Shown here piece by piece: positions 57,165 through 64,000 of a stretch of DNA of 64,000 nt. The position numbers were made by a program, and so were the translations under genes. Source of the DNA: Candidatus Woesearchaeota archaeon (GTDB lineage Archaea > Nanobdellota > Nanobdellia > Woesearchaeales > JABMPP01); contig JAGVYD010000014.1 of NCBI GenBank assembly GCA_018303405.1, forward strand, positions 9,350 through 73,349, read 5' to 3'. How positions within the stretch are numbered: the stretch's first letter is position 1; each line of letters begins with the position of its first letter. The notes under the pieces are model-generated. The model was not told the origin of the DNA, searched no databases, and worked only from the letters and a program-made list of their open reading frames with translations.

Positions 57165-58424
57165 ATGAAAGTATTAATGTTCGGGTGGGAATTCCCCCCG
57201 ATTAGCAGCGGTGGCTTGGGCACCGCATGTTATGGCCTGACAAAAGGCTTAAGCAACAAAGGGGTGGAAGTCACATTTGTCCTCCCAAAAGGCTATTCTC
57301 CGGATTTTGCCGACCACCTAAACATTGTTTCTGCTGAAGGCATTAGGCTAAAGAATGTCAAATTCAGGCCTATCAAAAGCCCACTTAGGGGGTATATTGA
57401 TTCCGCTGCTTATGATGAAAAAATAAGGAATATGCTTATCAAAGGATGGGGGGGCCATAATGCAACTATTTATGGCAATGACTTGTTTGATGAAGTTGAA
57501 AGGTACGCGGAAAAGGCCAAAATTCTGGCCCAGCATGAAGATTTTGATGTGATTCATGCGCACGACTGGATGACATTCAAGGCAGGCGCTAATGTCAAGA
57601 CAAGTACAGGCAAGCCTTTGGTTGTGCATGTGCATGCCACAGAATTTGACAGGACAGGCGGAAGCCCGAACCAGCATGTGTATGACATTGAAAGGGAAGG
57701 CATGCATGCTGCTGACATGGTTATTGCTGTCAGCAATTTCACTAAAAACAAGATTGTCCAGCATTATGGCGTGCCGGCAGGCAAGGTAAGGGTAGTCCAC
57801 AATGCTGTTGAATTGTCTTCTCAGGCTCATTTTTTTAACGCGGGGTCCGGAAAAAACAACGGGGAAAAGGTAGTGCTTTTCCTCGGCAGGGTCACCCTGC
57901 AAAAAGGTCCGGACTATTTCTTGTATGCAGCAAAGAAGGTTCTGGACCTCGACCCCCGCGTTAAATTTATAATTGCCGGGACGGGTGACATGATGCCCTT
58001 CCTGATCAATAAGGCAGCAGAGATGGGAATCTCAAAGAATGTGCTCTTCACAGGATTTGTGACAGGCACCGATGTTGACCGTGCCTACAGGATGGCCGAC
58101 CTTTATGTCATGCCATCTGTTTCAGAGCCATTTGGCATTACACCGCTGGAAGCAATGAGGAATGGTGTTCCTGTCCTGATTTCCAAGCAAAGCGGTGTAT
58201 CAGAGGTTATATCCAATTGCCTGAAAGCTGATTTCTGGGATGTTAATGACCTCGCAAACAAGATGATGGCAGCATTGAATTACCAGACCATGAATCGCTC
58301 GCTGAGAGAGAATGGAAGCTTTGAAGTGAGAAAATTCTCATGGGAAAATTCAGCAGAGAAATGCATTGCAGTTTACAACGAGGCCAGGCAGGCTTCGATT
58401 GGCAGGGGCAGGGGTGTTGCCTGA
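57165..58424 (+). CDS. GT4-family glycosyltransferase.
   Basis: GT-B fold with the E-x7-E motif region (...SEPFGITPLEAMRNGVPVL...). Confidence 0.75.
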   Translation: MKVLMFGWEFPPISSGGLGTACYGLTKGLSNKGVEVTFVLPKGYSPDFADHLNIVSAEGIRLKNVKFRPIKSPLRGYIDSAAYDEKIRNMLIKGWGGHNATIYGNDLFDEVERYAEKAKILAQHEDFDVIHAHDWMTFKAGANVKTSTGKPLVVHVHATEFDRTGGSPNQHVYDIEREGMHAADMVIAVSNFTKNKIVQHYGVPAGKVRVVHNAVELSSQAHFFNAGSGKNNGEKVVLFLGRVTLQKGPDYFLYAAKKVLDLDPRVKFIIAGTGDMMPFLINKAAEMGISKNVLFTGFVTGTDVDRAYRMADLYVMPSVSEPFGITPLEAMRNGVPVLISKQSGVSEVISNCLKADFWDVNDLANKMMAALNYQTMNRSLRENGSFEVRKFSWENSAEKCIAVYNEARQASIGRGRGVA

Positions 58425-58563
58425 TGGTAGATGTCTGCTTTTACTTCCGAAGCAAATCTTTTACAAAAGATTTGATAGAAAAGATGGAGGCTCAAAGCCT
58501 CCAAACGCTAGGTAAAATAAAACAAGAGTGTCGCGGTGACGCCTGTACCAGGTGGATAGCCAA

Positions 58564-59844
58564 ATGGTAGATGTCTGCTTTTACTTCCAGGTTCACCAGC
58601 CTGAAAGGATTAGGAATTACCAGGTGTTTGACATAGGCCATCGCAGTGATTATTTTGACGACCATAAAAACAGGGCCATCATTGAGCGGGCCAGCCAGAA
58701 ATGCTATTTGCCTGCAAACAGGCTTATGCTTGAGCTTATTAGCCAGCACGGCGGAAAATTCAAGATAAGCTACAGCCTTACAGGGGTGTGGCTCGACCAG
58801 GCTGAGAAATTTGCGCCCGAAGTGATTGAAAGCTTTGAAAAGCTGAATGAGACCGGCTGCGTGGAATTCCTTTCTGAAACATACCATCATTCTCTATCCT
58901 ACCTTTATTCCAAGGATGAATTCAGGGAACAGGTTGATTTGCACAGGAAAAAAATAAGGCAGCTTTTTGGCCAGGCCCCTAAAATTTTCAGGAATACTGA
59001 GCTCATCTACAATAATGAACTGGCGAATTTCATTGAGGGGATGGGCTACCAGGGAATCATGGCAGAGGGATGGGACCATTACCTTGGATGGCGGTCCCCC
59101 AATTTTGTCTACCGCCCAAAAACCTGCAAGAGCATCAAGCTGCTTCTCAAGAATTACAAGCTGAGCGATGACATTGCATTCAGGTTTTCAAACCACGACT
59201 GGAAAGAGCATCCGCTGACAGCGCCAAAATATGCCGGATGGATAAACAAAGTGAACGGCAATGGGACAAATGTAAACCTGTTCATGGATTATGAGACCTT
59301 CGGCGAGCACCAGTGGTCAACAACCGGCATTTTCAAATTCCTGAAGCAGCTGCCCGGCGAGATACTCAGCCATCCTGACAACGGCTTTGTGACTCCGTCG
59401 GAGCTTGTGGCAAGGCATGAGCCAAAAGATGAAGTGGATATCCACAGCTTCCTTTCCTGGGCAGATGTTGAAAGGGACCTCTCGGCCTGGATTGGCAATG
59501 ACATGCAGAATGCGGCATTGCGCGAGATCTATGCAATGGAAAAAAGGGTCAAGGAAACAGGGGATGAAAGATTGATTGCGGACTGGAGGAAATTATTGAC
59601 ATCTGACCATTTCTATTACATGTGCACAAAGTGGTTTGCCGACGGTGACGTTCACAAGTATTTCAACCCGTATGATTCGCCTTATGAGGGGTTCATTGCC
59701 TACATGAATGTGCTGAATGATATAAGTGGCAGGATATTGGGTGCAATGCCCCGGCAGCAGAAATCAGTTCCAGGCACAGCTGCCAAAATGTGGGCCAATG
59801 TTGCCCTTAGCGAAAATCCGAGCAGGATTATTGGCGGCCAATGA
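58564..59844 (+). CDS. GH57-family glycoside hydrolase (alpha-amylase or branching-enzyme type).
   Basis: N-terminus ...VCFYFQVHQPER... and overall GH57 architecture. Confidence 0.65.
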   Translation: MVDVCFYFQVHQPERIRNYQVFDIGHRSDYFDDHKNRAIIERASQKCYLPANRLMLELISQHGGKFKISYSLTGVWLDQAEKFAPEVIESFEKLNETGCVEFLSETYHHSLSYLYSKDEFREQVDLHRKKIRQLFGQAPKIFRNTELIYNNELANFIEGMGYQGIMAEGWDHYLGWRSPNFVYRPKTCKSIKLLLKNYKLSDDIAFRFSNHDWKEHPLTAPKYAGWINKVNGNGTNVNLFMDYETFGEHQWSTTGIFKFLKQLPGEILSHPDNGFVTPSELVARHEPKDEVDIHSFLSWADVERDLSAWIGNDMQNAALREIYAMEKRVKETGDERLIADWRKLLTSDHFYYMCTKWFADGDVHKYFNPYDSPYEGFIAYMNVLNDISGRILGAMPRQQKSVPGTAAKMWANVALSENPSRIIGGQ

Positions 59845-59881
59845 TGCTGCTTAGAGACCAGTTGCCTATTATCAAAAAAGA

Positions 59882-60271
59882 ATGAGAATTGAAATGAGCG
59901 GGACAGAGGATGCTGACAATCTTTTGTTCCAGGCATTCAAGCAAAGAAGAGGTGAAATTTTGGGCAAGGAAAAGAAAAAGAGGGTAAAGGCTGAAAAAAA
60001 GCACGCGAGCTATGACAAGAGCTGCGAGCCAGGCCAGGCATTTCATGCAATTGACGGTTCGAGCTATGCCAGCTTAAGTGATTTTGCAAATGCCCTTGAG
60101 CACATGTCTGATGACACTTTTTATTACCATGTCACAGACAGCAAGAATGACTTCCATAACTGGATAAAGGATGTGTTTCAGGAGCCGAAATTGGCTGAAA
60201 AGCTGCTCCATGCAAGGACCAAGGAAAAGCATGAAGTGGTTATGCTTCGCTATTTGCATAAGTCAGCCTGA
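59882..60271 (+). CDS. Hypothetical protein.
   Basis: 129 aa, charged. No family recognised. Confidence 0.35.
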   Translation: MRIEMSGTEDADNLLFQAFKQRRGEILGKEKKKRVKAEKKHASYDKSCEPGQAFHAIDGSSYASLSDFANALEHMSDDTFYYHVTDSKNDFHNWIKDVFQEPKLAEKLLHARTKEKHEVVMLRYLHKSA

Positions 60272-60444
60272 TTCCGGCTGATTTTTGCAGATGAACAATT
60301 GTTAAGAGGGTATACCATTCTGAAATAGTAAAAATACAAAGCTTTATAAATAATAAGCCTTGGAATCATTCAGAAAAGGGGTCTGCAGTCATTTTGATGT
60401 TAATCAAAAGGCTGCACCGACAATAAATAATTAAACAAAACCGA

Positions 60445-60921
60445 ATGGGGGGATTGTGCATGAAAAAGCTATTATATGCGATTGCAGCAGTATTTGTGCT
60501 GGCAATCAGTGTGGTTTCAGCAGCTTCCGTGGAGCCAGTTTATATGGAGGGCAACCCGGATTGTGAGGACCTCGGATTTGACAACGAATATAAGATAGAT
60601 CCACCAGCAGGTGGAATTTTCTTTGACGGCGCGATTACAACCATCTTGGACAGCCAGTTTGATTGGTCTTCAACCTTTGGAATGGATGCAGTGATTGCAA
60701 AGGGTGGCCCAAATGCCAACGTATATTATTATGACCCAGCATCCTTCGGTGATACTGATTTGACGTCACCGACTAATCCAGCCAATGGAAAGCCATACGA
60801 CCTCAGCCACATGACATTCTGCTGGGATGACGGCGGCAACGACGTTCCAGAGTTCGGCGTTATCGCAGCCATGACAGTTCTTGGCGGCGCAGGCTATTTC
60901 ATCTACAGGAAAAGGAAGTAA
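60445..60921 (+). CDS. Secreted protein with a PEF-CTERM-like archaeosortase sorting signal.
   Basis: N-terminal signal peptide. The C-terminus ...VPEFGVIAAMTVLGGAGYFIYRKRK has a PEF motif, a TM helix and a basic tail. Confidence 0.5.
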   Translation: MGGLCMKKLLYAIAAVFVLAISVVSAASVEPVYMEGNPDCEDLGFDNEYKIDPPAGGIFFDGAITTILDSQFDWSSTFGMDAVIAKGGPNANVYYYDPASFGDTDLTSPTNPANGKPYDLSHMTFCWDDGGNDVPEFGVIAAMTVLGGAGYFIYRKRK

Positions 60922-61205
60922 ATTTCCTTTCTTTTTTTTCTATTTTGTCAAGAACCACCGGTCAGAGACTAGTGGAATGTCATGTTTAGTTCCACAGACC
61001 TCGTGGTTCTTGAGCATGATCAGAATTTTCCAACCGAGTGAGAGAAAATGCAAGCAAAGCTTGCCACCAGTCACAGACTGGGTGGAAAATTCTGACATTT
61101 TAAATTGATTCTGATTATGTTGAATGTTCTGACTACACCTATACTGAATTTTTGATGTGAGGTTTTGTTATAGTAGAAGTTTTGATCTATTGGAATTTTG
61201 CAGCT

Positions 61206-62921
61206 TTAATTTCTCTGGCTCGTGAACCTGGTCCGGTTTGTTGCCCAGTAGATGATGATATACAATGCAAGGACAATCTCGGCCAGGAGCATCAGTGTCA
61301 AAAGCTCATCCTTCAGGACCGGAAGCGGTTGTGAGAAAATAATCGCCTTTCTGAGCAGGGATACTGACAGTATGAATGGGTTGAACTGGATTATCCTCAG
61401 GATGTCAGAAGGGATATTCTCTATTGGTATGAGCAGGTTTGAAAACAACAGCAGGCTTGAGGATATGAGCGCTGAAGCAAGTATGGTTATTGACTCTGAG
61501 CGGAAAATTACACCAATCAGGGCCCCGAACAGCACAAAGAAGGCAGCCACAAGAATGCAGATGGCAAGCGTGGTCCACAGGTTTGTCACAATTGTGTTGA
61601 AAAAGAATGCAAAGGCTATGCTGAGCATTATGATTATCTGGACGCTGACCAGGCTCAGGTTTGTGAGGAAATCTGCAATAAAAAAGACTATTTTATGGGT
61701 TGGCGACACTGAGTTGCGGAACTGTGCAGGGGAATTGTGCTCAACCACGAATACTATTGCGGCGAGGAAAATGCCTGCGAACATTATTGATATGGCCATC
61801 AGTGTGGGAAAGACAAAGTCCAGGTTGGAGTTGTAAGTGCTCAATGCCTTTATGTTCGCAGTGGCGGGTGATGCAAGCTGCTCAGCTTCGACGTCGCCAA
61901 TTGAGCTCAGCCTTTTCTGGATATCTGCCAATGATGTTTTCAGCCTCTTTGCCACTTTGCCGCCTGTGGACGCCAGGCCCGAAATTGCCGCATATTGGTC
62001 GCTGCTGCCCGATAGCTGCTGCTCGACAGTGGCGTAATTGGAATTCAGGTTTTCGACCTTGACGCGCAATGCCATCAGGCTATTGTTGATCGTGCCTGCA
62101 TAAGATGAGCTGAAAAGGTTATTGATGTAATTTTCATGGCCAAGGATGATTTTCTGGTAATTCCTGTAGGTCTGGAAATGCTTGTTTTCATCAGACTCGC
62201 TGAAATCCCCGCTCCTGACCAGGAGGTCGGCAAAGTCAAGCACATCCTTTGAGTCTGCCATTGCTGAGTCCACAGTGGATTTGACAGAGCGGATTTTGCT
62301 GTCGACGGAATCAATGTCGGATGAGTTGAGCCTGATGCTTCTATTGAGGCTGTCAAGGATTTCCTTTGCCTCGCCCGACCGTGTGATGATTTCTGCATTG
62401 CTCCCTTCCAGCGTTTCAAGGTAGGCAAGGTCTTTGGCCATTTCATCATTGATAAAGCTGGCCTTGCCAAGCAGGTCATTCGTGATGCCCGCAGAAATTT
62501 CCTTTGACCTCTCCTCGAGCTTGGAATACAGCCTGTCCCTCACGACCCAGGCGAGGTTGAGGTTTGAATAGTCGATGAATATTGAAATCTCATTGTTGGC
62601 TCCGCCAATTTCCATGCCAGGCGGGAAAATAACGCAAGTGTGCGCAAGCCCGATTTTCACATTGTCTATGCAGGATGCTTCCGAGGATGCTTTCACCGTC
62701 TGGAGCGGGTCTGCATTTAATTTTGCGATAAATGAGTTTGTCAGGCTTGAATAGCCGCCAGAATAGATGCTTACCTTGATTTTGTATTCGCTGAGATTGT
62801 CGAATGCTATCCCGGCTAGGAAGATTATGAGCAATGGAAGCAGGATAAAGACAATGGCCCACCACCTGGACTTAAGCATGATGGTCAGGTTCTTCTTCAT
62901 GATCAGGCCGATTCTTTTCAT
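61206..62921 (-). CDS. ABC-2 family transporter permease with a large extracytoplasmic coiled-coil domain.
   Basis: N-terminal TM helix, ~330 aa extracellular region, C-terminal 5-TM ABC-2 module. Confidence 0.6.
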   Translation of the reverse strand: MKRIGLIMKKNLTIMLKSRWWAIVFILLPLLIIFLAGIAFDNLSEYKIKVSIYSGGYSSLTNSFIAKLNADPLQTVKASSEASCIDNVKIGLAHTCVIFPPGMEIGGANNEISIFIDYSNLNLAWVVRDRLYSKLEERSKEISAGITNDLLGKASFINDEMAKDLAYLETLEGSNAEIITRSGEAKEILDSLNRSIRLNSSDIDSVDSKIRSVKSTVDSAMADSKDVLDFADLLVRSGDFSESDENKHFQTYRNYQKIILGHENYINNLFSSSYAGTINNSLMALRVKVENLNSNYATVEQQLSGSSDQYAAISGLASTGGKVAKRLKTSLADIQKRLSSIGDVEAEQLASPATANIKALSTYNSNLDFVFPTLMAISIMFAGIFLAAIVFVVEHNSPAQFRNSVSPTHKIVFFIADFLTNLSLVSVQIIIMLSIAFAFFFNTIVTNLWTTLAICILVAAFFVLFGALIGVIFRSESITILASALISSSLLLFSNLLIPIENIPSDILRIIQFNPFILSVSLLRKAIIFSQPLPVLKDELLTLMLLAEIVLALYIIIYWATNRTRFTSQRN

Positions 62922-62963
62922 TTGGTTTTTGTCTCCGGAGCTTCATTAATTTGTTTCAGTAGC

Positions 62964-63929
62964 TTATTTATCCAGGAACATCTTGAAAAGGGTGTCCATG
63001 GACGGATTCCTGATTTCAAGATTCTCAATGTCTTCGTTGGTCAATACCCTGGATAGTGCATTGTTGATTATGTGCTCCTGCTGTTTTGCCTGGAGGATTA
63101 TCCTGTTTTTCCTGGAGTTTGAATGCTTGACTTCTATGAATGGCAGGCCAAGGATTTTTTTCAGAACGGCATCATATTTGCCGTCTCTCGTTATAATCTG
63201 GATTTCCTTTATTTTGGAGTGGAATTGCCGGAATTCGCTGGTTGTCCCGAAAAACGCGACCTTCCTTGTATGGAGAAAGACAATCCTGTCGCAGAAATGC
63301 TCAAGCTCGGAGAGAAAATGGCTGGCAACAATGATTGTTGTCCCCCTTCTGTTGATATTCTCCATTACATCCCACATTTGAACCCTGAGTATCGGGTCCA
63401 TGTCAGCAGTCGGCTCGTCGAGAATGAGGATTTTGGGATTGTGCACAATGGCGCATGCAATGTCCAGCCTTTTTTTCATTCCCCCTGAGAGGTTTTTGCC
63501 AGGCATTGACACAAAGTCATGCAGCTCCACAAGCTCAAGCGCCTTTTTGATATTCTGCTCCTTAATCGACTTGCCGAGGTTATATAGCCCTGCAAAATAA
63601 TTCAGGTTTTCCGAGACTGTAAGCTCAGGGTAAAATGAGGGGTCCTGGGTTGAAAAGCCGAAGAGCCTTTTGTATGATTCAGGGTTTTCCATGCCCGGCA
63701 CAAATTTCCCTGCAATCTTGGAGCCGTACATGACCCTCCCTGATGTTATGGGATAATAGCCTATGATGGCATTCAGCAGGGTTGTTTTCCCAGCTCCTGA
63801 GACGCCCACAATCCCAAGCATTTCACCTTCCCTGATGTTCAGGTTGATATTTTGGAGGATTTTCTTGCCGCCAAGCTCCACTGACAGGTTCTCAAGCTTC
63901 AGAAGTTGACCTTTGATCTCGCTTGCCAT
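62964..63929 (-). CDS. ABC transporter ATP-binding protein.
   Basis: Walker A GVSGAGKTT, signature LSGGMKKR, Walker B ILILDEPT. Confidence 0.85.
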   Translation of the reverse strand: MASEIKGQLLKLENLSVELGGKKILQNINLNIREGEMLGIVGVSGAGKTTLLNAIIGYYPITSGRVMYGSKIAGKFVPGMENPESYKRLFGFSTQDPSFYPELTVSENLNYFAGLYNLGKSIKEQNIKKALELVELHDFVSMPGKNLSGGMKKRLDIACAIVHNPKILILDEPTADMDPILRVQMWDVMENINRRGTTIIVASHFLSELEHFCDRIVFLHTRKVAFFGTTSEFRQFHSKIKEIQIITRDGKYDAVLKKILGLPFIEVKHSNSRKNRIILQAKQQEHIINNALSRVLTNEDIENLEIRNPSMDTLFKMFLDK

Positions 63930-64000
63930 GCCTTTAAAGCAGGTGTGCTCATTATTTAAAGTTATGGATGCAGATATTGATGGATAACTATAGTTATTTT

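Noticed and set aside
1-64000. CRISPR arrays and rRNA genes
   Set aside because: No regularly spaced short direct repeats or rRNA-like conserved segments were seen anywhere in the window.

Overview
This 64 kb window is low-GC archaeal chromosome. It encodes a thermosome, an archaeal histone, Alba, class I LysRS, Spt5, SecE, ribosomal proteins S3Ae and S17e, and a Pth2-type peptidyl-tRNA hydrolase. Many housekeeping proteins carry low-complexity terminal extensions, which suggests a DPANN-like or otherwise streamlined lineage. Core blocks are: (i) FtsZ, SecE, Spt5 and L11; (ii) a purine/folate cluster (purF x2, purD, purN, purH, glyA, folD, MTHFS, ITPase, ribB); (iii) a glycogen cluster (debranching enzyme, sugar-1-P nucleotidyltransferase, GalT-like enzyme, eukaryote-type GT3 glycogen synthase, GT4, GH57); and (iv) an ABC-2 exporter. 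The region with most to follow up is a ~10 kb accessory island at ~7.2-17.2 kb. Its left edge is an intron-containing tRNA-Lys(CUU) with a Xer-like tyrosine recombinase next to it. Its right edge is a 164-bp MITE-like element with terminal inverted repeats and target-site duplications; a second copy and a degenerate third copy lie elsewhere in the window. The island carries DUF1801 and YdeI-like genes, an MNT-HEPN pair, a Fic protein, two paralogous unknown proteins and GC-rich non-coding patches. It also carries a four-gene module that is the best candidate for an undescribed system: a fused tandem Lrp/AsnC-like protein, a radical-SAM enzyme with an N-terminal extension and a twitch/SPASM-like C-terminus, a 46-aa CxxC...CxxC peptide, and a MOP/Wzx-type exporter. 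Other points of interest are a DUF2157-LamG fusion with a GDYXXLXY partner, small toxin-antitoxin-like genes at the left edge, a DUF2156 (MprF C-terminal-like) gene with a Ddl-like ATP-grasp gene next to lysK, a possible structured RNA upstream of L11, and two tiny minus-strand ORFs with a strong ribosome-binding site. No CRISPR array or rRNA was seen.
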